From: Botryllus schlosseri
Lineage: Eukaryota
Direction: 5' to 3'
Assembly (NCBI GenBank): GCA_051294905.1
Contig: CM119372.1
Location: 13,208,001 to 13,272,000, forward strand
Length of the DNA: 64,000 nt
The position numbers and the translations under genes were made by a program. The notes under the pieces are model-generated. The model was not told the origin of the DNA. It made no database searches and was given only the letters and a program-made list of their open reading frames with translations. How positions within the stretch are numbered: position 1 is the first letter of the stretch; each line of letters begins with the position of its first letter. This document shows, in pieces, positions 50,917 to 64,000 of the stretch.

Positions 50917-52297
50917 CGGAGGTGGTCAGTAACGAACTACTTCTACTTTTTCGAAGTACTCAAGTAGTTTTCCTCTACTTCTGGTGCTTACTCAAGTAGA
51001 TCTGATTTTTGCTACTTCTACTTCGTAATATTTTGTTATCTACTTACTTACTTTTTGCTATTTTCAGTTTGTCAAGTAGAAGTAGTTCAATCCTCTAATA
51101 AGAAAGATTTCGGGGCTGTTTTCACAGAGCATCAACATTCAATTTTCATAAAACATGAGTAAAGCCCAGTTGCGTGGCTCCGTTAACACTGTATTGTCGC
51201 TCATATGAAATATTTTATCACGGTTTATATATAGCTCATCATTACGTTTGAATTTTTCGTTTTGAAATCTAGCATTTACTTATCATATCGTAATCTTGCA
51301 GTCTATGACGTGTGCTAATCTGGAAAAGTGGATTCAGACTTTTTTAGTTTTAGACCTGTTTTAGCATATCACCTTTGAAACTTTTTGGACAAACACAGGA
51401 AAAACATTTTCTGCTTTTAGAAGTTATATTTATATTTCGCTTTAAATTACCAGTATCTTACTTTGAGTTTTAATTAGCATCACAGTTCTTTTGCCTGGAG
51501 AACATACATGTTGAAGTAAAGCAAGTGTTGTTTGTTTGTGGTATCCATGGCGTTTGTCGACCACTATGGTCATCTACACCAGGTCGATATTCTTCATTCC
51601 GTAACTGCTGACTTTTAGCACGGCCCACTTCTAGCCTTCTTAATAAGAAACCACACCACTCGCACGGATGAGATGGCGAGGAGAAGCCTAGATAAACCTC
51701 CAACACTTGGGTAAGAATTCTAGAGTCGACCTCGGTCGGACTCGAACCACAACCCATTGGTGTTGCAGCTGTGGATTAGACCACTACGCTATCTCACCAC
51801 ATCTAAAAGCAAATGTAGTAATCTCTTTAATTTCCGGAAATAAAGCTACACAATATGCATACTATGGGCTTTATAATATAGAGGAGGGTGCCATAGCATG
51901 ATATTTTCTAAAACGTGCTATTCGATTAACCATAGAGAATTAGTATCGCATTTTCATATCAATGCTATCATTTTCATCCCATGATGCGTACGAATGCTTA
52001 TATGCTGTCGAAAATTGGATACCTCCTGGTATGCATCAATATGAATCAAGCTCTGCACCTTTCGCATAGCTCAATTTGCAGCTTTTGACAATCCATGCAT
52101 GCCAACGAATTACGATCGTTTTCACAACTACTGACTTACTGGAGTAGATTTAAAGTCAGTCAATTCTACTTCTACTTCAAGTAGTTTTAGGTTGCTTATG
52201 GAAGGATTAAGTACTTCTACTCGTACTTGAGTAGATTTTTTCGTCGCTACTTTTACTTCTACTTGAGTAGCTTTCTTGACTACTTTGACCACCTCTG
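50917..52297. mobile_element. hAT-like non-autonomous element with (TACTTC) subterminal repeats, copy 1
   Basis: TIRs cggaggtggtca / tgaccacctctg; TSD tcagtatc / tcagtatt. Confidence 0.88.
51529..51803 (-). mobile_element. tRNA-derived SINE (family B)
   Basis: A box TAGCGTAGTGG, B box GGTTCGAGTCC, (CAAA)n tail, imperfect TSD taaagcaagtgt / taaaagcaaatgt; absent from the sister element 52747-54012. Confidence 0.82.
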
Positions 52298-52746
52298 TCA
52301 GTATTATTATAATTCTATTACCCTTTTTATCAATTCAAGATATTGCAAGAATTGAAACTCAGGGATAGCAAAGAATCAATCATCAATCGACAGATAATAT
52401 TTTCATCCGCCCAAAACACACACACAATGTACAATGCGATATATAAGACACACAATAAAGGGTTAAAACGACTTGGTGAAGTATCAGTTTATTAATATTT
52501 TCATCGTTTGAAAAAACACCACAAAACTGCGATACATTTAAAAGAGAGCAAGGTGTCGAAACGACTTGGAGTAGTCTTTGAGATCAGACACCAACCTTGG
52601 CCTAAAACAAGTAGAGAAGAGGCATGTACACTGAATGCAAAGTAAAGCAGAGTATATAAAAGGCAATAGCGACAAAATGAGGTGGCATGTGGTGGAAGTG
52701 GAAGGCGAAATCAATGTCAGGTCGTTGTCAATGAATCAGACTCATC

Positions 52747-54012
52747 CAGAGGTGGTAAAAGTAGTCAAGAAAGCTACTCAAGTAGAAGTAGAAGTAGCGA
52801 CGAAGAAATCTACTCATGTACGAGTAGAAGTACTTCTTCCATGAGCAACCTAAAACTAATTGAAGTAGAAGTAGAATTGACTGACTTTAAAAGTACTCAA
52901 GTAAGTAAGTAGTTGTGAAAAACGATCCTAATTCGTTCATAAAGAGGTGCAAATTGAGCTATGCGAAAGGTGACGAACTTGATTCATATTGATGCATACC
53001 AGCAGGTAACCAATTTTCGATAGCATACGCATTCGTCCACATCATGAGATGAAAATGATAGTATTGATATGAAAATGCGATACTAATTCTCTGTTTATTC
53101 AAACAGCACGTTTTGGAAAATATCATGGTATTGCGCACTTCCCCATATTATAAGGCCTGTAGTTTAGTCGAAGAGCAATACGGAGATATTGTGTTGGATG
53201 CGGTGTAAACACTTTGTGCGATTAGTAAACGTTCATAAACAAATATGGTAGACCGTAAAAATATTATATTGTGTAGCTTTATTTCTGGAAATTGAAGGCA
53301 TTACTACACTTGTTTTTATACTTCAAGATGTACGTTATCCAGATAAAAGAACTGATATTAATTAGAAATCAAAATATATGGTACTGGGAATTGAAAGTGA
53401 AGTATAAATCTAAAAACGGAACATGTATTTAATGTCTTTAGTCCGGAAAGTTTCGAAGGTTGGTATGCTAAAACAGCTCTAAAACTGAAAAAAGTCAGAG
53501 TCCACTTTTCCAAATTAGGTCACGCCATGGACAGCTAGATTACGGTATGATAAGTAAATACTAGATTACGAAACATCAGTTTCTAACGTTATGATAAGCC
53601 ATATATACTGTGATGAAATACTTGATATGGTGAAGGGCGACAATGCGGTGTGAACGGAACCACGCCTCCCCGCTACCTAAATTATATTCACCGACACTTT
53701 CGTGAAATCATCTGCAGTCACTATGCGCGCGAAGCGCGACGAAAATTCTGGGCTTAACTCAACTTTTATGAAAATTAAATGACGATACTCCGTGAAAACA
53801 GCCCCGCAATTTCTCAGGCTTTTTACCTGATTTGAGGATTAAACTACTTCTACTTGACAAACTGAAAATAGCGAAAAGTAAGTAAGTAGATCATAAAATA
53901 TTATGAAGTAGAAGTAGTGAAATTCAGATCTACTTGAGTAAGTACCAGAAGTAGAGGAAAACTACTTGAGTACTTCGAAAAAGTAGAAGTACTTCGTTAC
54001 TGACCACCTCTG
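52747..54012. mobile_element. hAT-like non-autonomous element, copy 2 (inverted relative to copy 1)
   Basis: TIRs cagaggtggt / accacctctg; exact TSD GACTCATC. Confidence 0.9.
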
Positions 54013-54230
54013 GACTCATCCCATCTTGGCCCATAAATGAATAAACAAAACTGGAAAAATGTTTGATCATCATCATTATATTTCAATTTTCATCATGTCA
54101 AAACACCACAAGAATGAGAGATATTGAAAAGATAGGAGGGTGTCGAAAAGGCTATTGGAATAGTTTTTAAAAAAATCAGATACACACCCACTTTGTCCTA
54201 TAAAGCATGTAAACAAGATGCATACTAGAG

Positions 54231-55607
54231 CAGTGGTTCTCAACCTTTTTCACCTCGCGGACCGGTAAAATTTCAAAAAATGTCTGGCGGACCGGTGAAC
54301 TTTCAAAATTGAAATGAAGCCAAAATGTAAAGTATGCAACCGTTTTTTGCAATTATATGGTGCTAGAGAGCGATATTTAGAGGGTTTTTATCGTATTTAA
54401 TTATATTCATGATGGCATCCATGTGATTTTATGGTAGTGATTCTGCCGAGTCGAGGTAAAATTGCCTTGTCCAGATAAACGTGCTACCGCCGAGAGTCCT
54501 TTACAGTCTTCCGCGCCGAAGGCCGTCGGTTTAACCGATCACGCCAACTCTAATAATATTCTTCTCTTTGACAATATCGAGCGATGAAGCGTATCGGAGT
54601 CGAACCAAGCACCTTGTCGTGCTACATTGCTCATTGCCCACTGCCACCAGACCTAGGCTACTCTGGCAACTACCTATACGAATACAATGCGTGCTGCAAG
54701 AAAACACATTACAGCAGCTATAGCGCCCATCCGCAAATCCGATCCGAAAAAGCACTTCGTCAGCCCATCCCCAAAGACGCTGGTCTTGGGATCCCCACAG
54801 GGCGATAAGTCAAACATCCGGGGGCTTCACCCCCAGACCCTACCATTGGGTGGATGTTTTCACCTGTACTTGTGAGCACATCCATTCTACTCAGCGTACG
54901 CAGAGAGTTTACGTAGCTTAATCGCGCCAATAGCGAATTTCGATCATTCGCGAGTGAAGCAGTTTTCTCGCGGCCAAATTTTTGGCCCTTCTTTAGGAGT
55001 CCCATGTTAACCTAAGCTTGATTATATGTTGGTGCGTCGTGGCGTGGTAATGGCTGATGCCAAAATACCAATAAATCATTACGTATTTCTCAGAAAAAGG
55101 CATCTAATAAGCAAGACATTTAGGGATACTAATACTAAATCGTGAAAAGCGCGAAAAGAAATTGAAAAATGTTAGAAAAAGTTTCAAATAAATACGCTAT
55201 GATTTATGTTCATTTGCGAAATAATTTTGAGCCCTATTCAAGCTCGGCCCCTCTCCAATTGGGCGGTTTGTGGTGCCCCAGTTACGGTCCTGCACAAAAT
55301 GAATGAATCGAAAACCAATGATCAAACTGCGCTGTTTAGCGATGAGTCGGCTCGTATCTGTTCTGTGTAGCCTACTTGGCGCTCGCATATCGTCAAATGA
55401 CACGTCTTTAACTTTAAGTCAAATCGAACATGTTTCCAGCCCTAATGTTACCTCAGGAAGTTATCAATCAGTTTAAAATTTGATATTTTATTTATTTTAT
55501 CAATGAACAAGCCTTCAACATTGCATCTTGAAATTAAAGTATAAAATTCTAATATGCTTGGCGGACCGGCAGGAATGTCGTCGCGGACCGGCGGTTGAGA
55601 ACCACTG
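54231..55607. mobile_element. hAT/Charlie-like non-autonomous element
   Basis: TIRs cagtggttctcaacc / ggttgagaaccactg; exact TSD TACTAGAG. Confidence 0.9.
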
Positions 55608-56060
55608 TACTAGAGGACCATAGCAAATTACAGCATAGCCACGCTGTAAATTGCTATGATAGAACGGTGTGTTTCCATGGTAGATAAACGGAGGGACACG
55701 CGTGCGTATATAGTACTCATACGCTTTTTGATTCTGAGGTGAAGTAGTGGTAGTTGAAATTTGAGGCAGGTTACACGTTACAGGCCAAGACGGTGTGTCA
55801 TAATTCAATATGACAATCTCAATACCTCGCATTCCGATGTTTTTTACAAAAAATCCCAGAGAAAGACCCGGAGGTGGGCGAATAGGCCTACTAGGAAAAC
55901 AACTGACAAAGTGCAATCAATTAAAATCAGATCAGTATGGTTCAGTTCGGTTTATTAGCAATATTTATCAGTTCAATACACCACAAAACTGCGATACAAT
56001 GAAAAGATAGGAAGGTGTCGAAACGACTTGGTGTAGCCTAGTCTTTGGAATCAGAAGACA

Positions 56061-56868
56061 GCACCCACCTTTGCCTAGGCCAGTGGTTCTCAACCGGGGG
56101 TCCACGAAGTATTTTCAGGGGGTCCGTGAAGCCTCTAAATTTACAAAATAGTTGATTACCTAATTTGTATTTTTTTTTTAATTAGGAAAATCGCGGGATA
56201 GTTTCGCTTCATTACAATGTATATATATCATTGCTTCATTACTAGTAAAAATCCAGAACTCACATCGATAGAATGGCCGTCTAAGATGAAATATCCTTTC
56301 AATTGCTAAATTACCAATATAGCCTACTTATACATATATTTTGGTGTTTACAGATATTTTATTGGGGATTGTGGACAAAAATAAAAAAAATGGATTAGTA
56401 AGGTCCATCACGGTGTCTTCGACATAATATGCATAACCATTTTTCCATGATAACTTCAAGATGAGCTGCTTGATAGAAATAACCAGGCTAGGCGTTATAT
56501 GTCTATTAAAAATGGTTTGTTAATTTTGGTGCCATATTTGTTGCCATCGTGCCAAAATGTGTCACCGGAAGCGAAACGCGTTATTATTACACCTATATTT
56601 GTTAAAATGGATATTTGACAGTCGTTTATATCAAATCGCAACTCGCGGATTTTCAAGACACAACCACGTATTTCAGGAAATGCAGTTGCAAAATTCACTT
56701 TGAAATAATATAGTATGGTGATATTTTTAAGAAATGTCATTTTGTTACCATGTATCACTAATAGCCTACAGATTTGCACTAAACAGATGACGATTGAGCT
56801 TCGGGGTGTCCGGGGGGTCCGTGACAGTCCAAAAGGGGTCCGCGAAGACAAAAAGTTGAGAAACTTCG
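56061..56868. mobile_element. hAT/Charlie-like MITE, inverted relative of 10155-10797
   Basis: Left TIR intact, right TIR degenerate; interior matches the family in reverse complement. Confidence 0.78.
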
Positions 56869-57322
56869 ATTGGATTAAGGATTTAAAGAGCATCAGAAGA
56901 ACCCAGGCTGGCATGAAACGTCTAAGGCTGTAGAACAGGCCACACTTCGGTGAAAATGTAGTGACTATAATTATAGGGACTGACTAGCCAGTATTCATCC
57001 GGTAGGCATTTTATAAAGATTGTGCTGACATTTTCCAGTTATCTATTTGCGATTAAAGCATTTGTTTCTGCATTCATCTTTGGGATTACAATAAATTGTA
57101 GTTCGGTTTGTGACTGTGGTCCACCGGCGACCGGAGTTCACCTACTGACATTCTACTGCCAACTTCACATATCCGGTAAACGTAACCGGATTTTAGCGCC
57201 TCACGAATTTTTACCAAAGATTGTTGCTGTTGCCGTCTAGTGGACTTGGCTTGGGTGCGTGCATTTGAACCGAAGTTGTTGGATAAGTTTTGTCTACATG
57301 GGATTATACTAAAGGGAGGAAA

Positions 57323-60300
57323 ATGGACGAAATTTATCCACATTTAACTAGAGCAAGTTTGGATCAGAACTATTTGCATGCGAACTCGTGAGTTTGAAAA
57401 TATTGTAGCTTATTGTTTCGTATCCTACCCACATCGACGTCCTTTGACAGCACTACTCACGAGTTCTTGTTTGGTGCGCTTGCTGAGTTGGTCGATAATG
57501 CCAGAGATGCCGGAGCAACTAAAATTAATGTATTCACAAATGAAAACAATGATGTCAGAGGAGGTTTCACACTCAACTTTCTTGATGATGGTGAAGGTAA
57601 TGTGTTGGTTGGTTGTTTCATTGTTTGAGCATCTGTTAGAAAATATATGGCTAATCCGAGTCGTGCAATCAATTCTAGGTATGGATCCTCAAGAGGTTGC
57701 AAATATTGTCCAGTTTGGACGTTCATCCAAACGTCTTTCAAGCGAAAATATGATTGGGCAGTATGGCAATGGACTGAAGTCGTATGTTATTTTTATCTAT
57801 TGTAATGAGTGTTACTTTTGAGTGTCGTGTTTAGTTGTGCAGTGAAGATTCACAGTATAATGCAACAAAGCACATGCTGCATTTTCCAGAAGAAAATAAT
57901 AATATATCATACATATCTAATTCCACTGTCATGGGTATTCTGCATTGCTGAATAAGGTATCACTTGTTTTTTAATCTGTTTCCAGTGTTTATATTATCAT
58001 TTACCTGCAGAAGTGGATTGGAATATCTAACCAGTGACTACAGCTGACATATAAACAGTCTTTTGATTGCAGCTTGACACTAGAATTATTTGAAAATTAG
58101 CTTATAAGTCAAATGTTGACTCTTATAGAAATGTCATTTCATGTGGGTTAGTACACAATAACACAATGATTGTCACTTATGAGGAAATACAAGCACAACC
58201 AGCTTGAGCACTACCACAGTTTTGCTCTGCTTGAACAATAAATACTTACAAGTTTGACATGCATAGGATGCATTGTCTCGATATGCTTTGTATATAATAA
58301 TAGAGCTTGGCGTGTGAGGAAATGATGGATTTGTATATTGTTCACAAATCCATCCTTGATGTACTGGAAACTTCTTTGAGCCATTGCCTATCATCTCTTT
58401 TAAACTCATTGTTAACTTCAAGTTTTGATTATTGTAATACTCTTGATCTCTTGTTACATAGGGGCTCGATGCGAATTGGAAACGACTTTATGCTTTTCTC
58501 AAAGCGAGGCAGAACTTGCACGTGCATGATGTTGTCTCGAACATTCCTTGATCGTGAGAGGATATCGAATATCATTGTTCCAATGCCTGTTTGGGACGCT
58601 GACAGCCGTAAGCCTATTCTTGATGGGAGCGGACGCACCAAGGTATTCTGTGATATGTATAAATGGTGTTGCATGCTAAGAGGCTGTTAATTAATATAGG
58701 TATCAATACAATGCACAATACATGATTTGATACCTAATATCATCTTGATGCTGTTGTAATATGTTGATGTATCCTTATTTATTGATGTAAGCCCTTTTTG
58801 TGTAGTTCTGACACCATTATTTTGACTGATTTTTAAAACGATTTCATTGATAGTAAATACCAGGAATATGTAGGTTAAATCAAAATTCATTATATTCACT
58901 GTCCATTAGCAGGTCGTATCTGTAGCGGTAGCAAAATGCATTAGTAACTCTGTATGCCTACCACAAATAGCATGATATTATCTATTTTTATTAGGTTGGT
59001 GCAAAGCTTCCCAAACTTTATTTACACAACACTACCTTGGACGCCCAATGAACTAGGTACCAAACAGCTTCTAAACCTGACCAAAAGATGTTTTGTTACT
59101 TGCACACACAAATCATGTATCCAGTTTCCGGGATATATAACTCTGGTTTATACAACCGGCGACCCACAAAAAATATTAGTGCGGGCCGATTTTGCTTTGT
59201 TATATGACCTGACAAATGGGACAAATATGCCATGCTCAAGTAGACAGGGGCCGAAATAACACTAGAATATTTGCACAGGAGTATTTGATTACAAAATTTA
59301 TCGAATACCGTAACCTTGAATTGATATCGCGCTATTCGCCTTGAGGTGTCGCTGTATGTAATCTGATACAAAAATCTATGGGTGTACTCTGTTAACTCAC
59401 CACCGCTGTTAGCAATTCCTAATGATACAGGGGGCCCCGTGCAACTACTAGAAAGTATGTGTGTGACCCGTGGTTTCAAAACGCAAGATAGGCTGCTACG
59501 TCTGACCCACTTGTGAAAGAGATTACATACCCCTGACATAACTCATAGATATTACAAACATTGCACTTTCTTAAAAAAATATTTGTCAGTTATTATTTGG
59601 AATATGAATCATTTTGAATTTGAATATGTTTGCTTATGAAACCACTGTGGCGACTGTTCTGATGTTAGCCTCTAACTAGTTGTTCCGCAGTGTCTGTTTT
59701 CTTTTGTTGGTCAGTTATGGTTATGTGTTGAATAAACGTAGTCGTAATCTGTACTGCATGGGATAATTTTTATTTGGATGACAAAAACAATAACATGATA
59801 GGCTCTACATACTCTAGACATGAAAAATATACAATAGAGCGATTGGCCACATTTGTGCCGTGGATCACAAGTTTGACAATCAAGTTAAAGCTCAACATCT
59901 TGGGCTATGTGCGGTACCATGATTTCGTTTGTCACTTCAAATTTTATCATTTATGGTCGTCTAATTTGATTGTGATTTGTTTTTTTTTCAGTATGAAACC
60001 GAAATGGCTCTCATTTTAAAGTATTCTCCATTCAAATCAGAGCGAGAAGTAATCAGGCAGTTTGATAATATCAAGGATAGGACTGGTAAGCATGCTGCAG
60101 AATATAGATGTATATGTCACCACAATATGCTTGACAACTGTGTATATCTATTTGTGTAGGCACACTGATTGTTCTGTATAACGTCAAACTTCTCGACTCT
60201 GGAAACCCGGAATTGGACGTCATATCTGATCCAGCGGATATCAGGATGGCAGAAGTTGATGAAGAGGACAAGAGGTTGGTAATGCTGTAACTTATCACTA

Positions 60301-63300
60301 ATTGCTGTGAATCCAATTGTGACTGGTTTTGTGTTTTAGTGTCAGATCTAATTCCGTTTTGGATTCACCATGACACCAAGTTTAGCAATATAGTGGAACA
60401 TAAGTTTTGTATAATACCCATCAAATCAAATGATAGATTTGACCTAAAGTACATCCAAAGTGTCTCCAATGGCATGTTTGGTGATTTGTAGAGGACTCTG
60501 GAATGGGAAAGGTTAACGAATTTTCAAAATTTTCTTCCACTGATCTAGTTTCTGGGACATGTAGACTCAATTGGGGTTCAATGGTATATGTATAATGGTC
60601 AACTTCTTTTGATTCCATCCATCAAATATTATAAGTCTCCCCTAAAGATAGACCGACTAACCTCTAAGTAATATAATCCTTGAATCACAGCAGGACATGA
60701 ATATAGAAATGTCACCACACAGATTTTATTTTATTGTAGTTGCAGCATAGTCCAATATTCAGATATAGTGAAGTCAAAAGTGTTGACAAATCGAAATAAT
60801 CTATTATGTATGCATGTCGGTCAAAACAAGATCCTTTCAAAACGATGTGTTCACAGGTTTCATGACAAATCCTTAAGGGGTAATTTATTGCTTGAAGAAT
60901 CCAAGTCAATGCAACTCTGTCTCCTGGATTCGATTTATAACAATTCTGAATGACTTTTCTGTCGAAGCAAGCATTGTTATCTCAGCACTCTCTGACTCTG
61001 TAAAATTTAAATCTTCCTAATAAAACTCTTGTGTGAGCCAGCAAAAACACCCATACCTCTACCCGACCTGCTGTATTGAAATGGGATGTTTTTTTTATTT
61101 AGTAACTGGCCCGAGAGGGTCTCTTTCAAATCATACGTAGCAATTCTGTACCTCGACCCGAGAATGAAGGTCTATATTCAAGGGAAAAAAGTTCGTACAA
61201 AGAGGCTCGCCAATTCTTTGTACAAGCCCAAGTGAGTGTGTTGAAATAGGGGACCGAAATAACTGATGGTGATATTTCTATTTCGCTTCACAGAATGTAT
61301 AAGTATTCTTCAACTCGGTTCAAAAAACGATCTGAGGAAGAAGTTAGGAAAGCGGAACACGAGTACAAATTAGGTGAGTGCACCCTTTTACTCTTATATC
61401 ATATCAATTAATAGTATTTGCAATATTACTTTGCTGGTTTTAGTACATCGCCGTTGTAAATCGATGCACGTTGTTAGGATAGAATTTTCATGTATGTCTC
61501 TGTGTTTGCATTATACCATATGCAGTGGAGATCAAAGTTATCAGCATTGTTGTATGTCAAAATTATGTCGACTAGTAGAAATTGAGAGTTCTGAAAATTA
61601 TTCAAGTAAGTATTTTATAAATATGGATTTGGTCGAGGTAACGCGTAGCCAACTAATGACAATGCGATAGGGGTACTTTTCGAAAATTATTCAGTCACCA
61701 TGATGCGTGGGCTATTTCTGTCGATTGTCGTGACAATTTTGCTGGTAATAAGTGACGCATACTCATCCAATAACTAATTTCTACTTTACTACAAAATCCC
61801 AAGTGTAAAAACTTGAGTAGTTTGCTTGAAAAAAACCATTTAAGAGCTTCTTGGAGGTTTAGAACTTCAATATACAATTGCATAGTATGTTCATATTGAA
61901 ATGAACCCGAACATTTTCGGCTGACACTCGTCGGGGATAACCGTCAGCATCTAGTAGAGAATTGGAAAGAACAATGCATATCAACAATCGTATCACAAAA
62001 TATGACGTCACCAGCATGGAATTTCTAATATTCGGGGCGAAATTCAATATTCGCTTGAGTAGGTGTTGCGAGTACACAAAAACTGTGTTTGAGTTCTCTA
62101 AAAAAGTAAAAGTACTTGTTGTTGACTGCCTGTGATAGCTTACTTTTCAACTTCTGGGAATCTGTATTCACTATTTTATTTTTCATATCAGCGGAAGAAA
62201 GGTGGAGAGATGCTGAGAGCGACAGCAAGGATTTAGAAATGAAGGTACGGTGTGAAATTCTGCTCTAGCATTTTAACTAAACTGCCGACTCCGTTGATGT
62301 ACAGTTGACTAACAAAGCCAACCCGAAGAAAGCGGAACTGGCCGAATTGCGGAAGCGACAAGAGAAATCGCGACTGTTGAAAAACGAAGCCTCGCAAACG
62401 AGGGAGAATTGGACGAAAAAGAAATCGTGCGGTTCCTTTTGAGGCGTTCGTGTAGTGCACCGAGTTCTCTGAACGGCGTGTCTCGTTGCAGGTCGTTGAA
62501 GGAGCCGAAAACGCTGGATTTCATTTTCGGGTTTAATATCACGAATCGACAGTATTACGGGATGTTCATTTACAATTGCAATCGGCTCATTCGCATGTAC
62601 GAGCGTGTCGGGCCGCAGATCGACGGCGGCGTGTAAGTAAAGCGTAAAGCTCTTGGTCGTTTGGTCTTTGAGCGCGACTTTTTTGTATTCGAATTATAGG
62701 ACGATTGTATTTGTGATCGCCCTCAGCAATATCATTTGGATCGACATGTCGTCTTCTGTTTGTCAGTTTCCCGTTAAAACTTGAATTATTTGCCGATCGA
62801 GTATTCACAGGAGCATAAATTTCGTTGTGTGAATTTCCACACGAAATCAGTAAAACTTTTTTTGTTTGACAGTCAATATATCTATAAACTTGATGACGTC
62901 AAACTTCTGTGCAAATAGTCACACATTTAACGACTTCTTGTATTTGTGACGTAATACGACCACTCGAATGCCTGTCCTCACACACACACACTCACATCAT
63001 TTACCTTGCGCCTCGTGTTAGCACAATGTACCATTGTCACAGCTCACAGGGATTCCTGTTTTTTTGTTTATTATGTATTCACGGCTTTCACAATCTGGAC
63101 ATTAGAAAGTTGAATAGGCGAGGAATATAACATCAATAGTCTGCGTTGGTTTTTTTATCTAAAATTTGGAAATTGAAAGACGATATGACCTGCAGGAAAT
63201 TGTATTGCGATTCAAGTGGCCGGCAGTACTTAGAAGGTCATTGTTGGTACTCGAGTGGAAGTAATGTCATAAATTTCTACTGAAGTACAATAAAAGTAGT

Positions 63301-63889
63301 GACATCCAAGTAATGACAAAAATGTAATTATTCTAGGCCCACTTTGCTTAAAAAATAGTAAACTGAAGCAGAAGTAGTTTTAAAGAATAAGTAGGCAAAC
63401 GTACTTTTGGGACTTCGTGATACGCAATTACGACGGTCACATGACGAAGGGGTATGGTAGATAGCTGCGTTGGTCACGCACAAGCATTCTCGCTCCTATT
63501 TAACTATGATGATTTGGTGTTGGCATGTCCCTTTTCGATTTAGCAATTGCTCCGGCGTGATCGGAGTCGTAAATGTGCCCTACTTGGTGTTGGAGCCGAC
63601 ACACAACAAGCAGAACTTCGCAGACAACAAAGAGTACATGCACATGATGAAAGCTATGGGTATGGCTGTCAGTGTTTAAAAACATTGAAGGACATTTCTA
63701 GAGTATCTTTGTCTCTAGGTGATCATCTGCAATGCTATTGGCGGGAATCGAAAATCACCGAAGGCAAGGGTGTACATAGTTTCTGGGAGTCCTTTGGGTA
63801 TTTGTCGCAGTCGTGGTCGGACGAGCCTTCCAACGAGTCGCGGTATCTGCGGTCGCGAGCGATGCACATCCCCAAAGTGATCCAGTGCG
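57323..63889 (+). CDS. MORC2: MORC family GHKL ATPase (MORC2-like), 5' part; exons 57323-57387, 57451-57596, 57679-57781, 58462-58642, 59992-60085, 60160-60274, 61103-61231, 61294-61373, 62192-62244, 62305-62426, 62492-62632, 63544-63659, 63719-63889; continues beyond the window
   Basis: [49 protein letters not shown], the CC1 coiled-coil insertion typical of MORC1/2, [15 protein letters not shown], and the start of the CW zinc finger (IQC); all junctions GT-AG and in phase. Confidence 0.94.
61842..62025 (-). mobile_element. Solo pLTR of the second Penelope family in MORC intron 8, hammerhead core mutated
   Basis: Matches about 14031-14215 including the tail; the core reads CCGACGA instead of CUGACGA. 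Confidence 0.82.
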
Positions 63890-64000
63890 GTGGGTAGCTT
63901 GAATGCGCGTTAATGCAACTGTATGTGATTAGCGCATTGGTTTTTACTCCAATCTGCAAGCCTTCAGGTTCAGTGAACCCAAAATTTTACGCTGAGTAGC

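Noticed and set aside
57323..63889. MORC as part of a prokaryote-style defence system with the nearby RTs
   Set aside because: It is an ordinary spliced animal MORC2-like gene; the RTs belong to independent retroelements with their own termini.

Overview
This is eukaryotic, transposon-dense animal genomic DNA, not prokaryotic. It has spliceosomal GT-AG introns, many only about 60-90 nt, and by inference comes from a marine invertebrate, plausibly a tunicate. Host genes: a 15-exon CCDC13-like gene (minus, 37192->15119), an intronless EXOSC9/RRP45 (minus, 39005->37866), the first 13 exons of a MORC2-like GHKL ATPase (plus, from 57323, running off the window), and a 3-exon, about 140-aa type-II membrane/coiled-coil gene that the ORF track misses (minus, 12438->7981). 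Mobile DNA: a Penelope-like retroelement and three further pLTR copies with minimal hammerhead ribozymes, an LTR retrotransposon with identical 138-bp LTRs, a BEL/Pao-like gag-only LTR element, a Chapaev3-type transposase relic, two tRNA-derived SINE families and many TIR MITEs, nested up to seven deep. The most notable observations: (1) the LTR element's primer-binding site is complementary to what looks like the first 12 nt of tRNA-Phe instead of a tRNA 3' CCA end; (2) a covarying pseudoknot is shared by the hammerheads of two Penelope families; (3) the hidden membrane gene; (4) TA-to-TAGCCTA micro-insertions that look like excision footprints; (5) a possible EXOSC9-CCDC13 operon. All alignments, counts and family assignments were made by eye or from memory; no database was searched.
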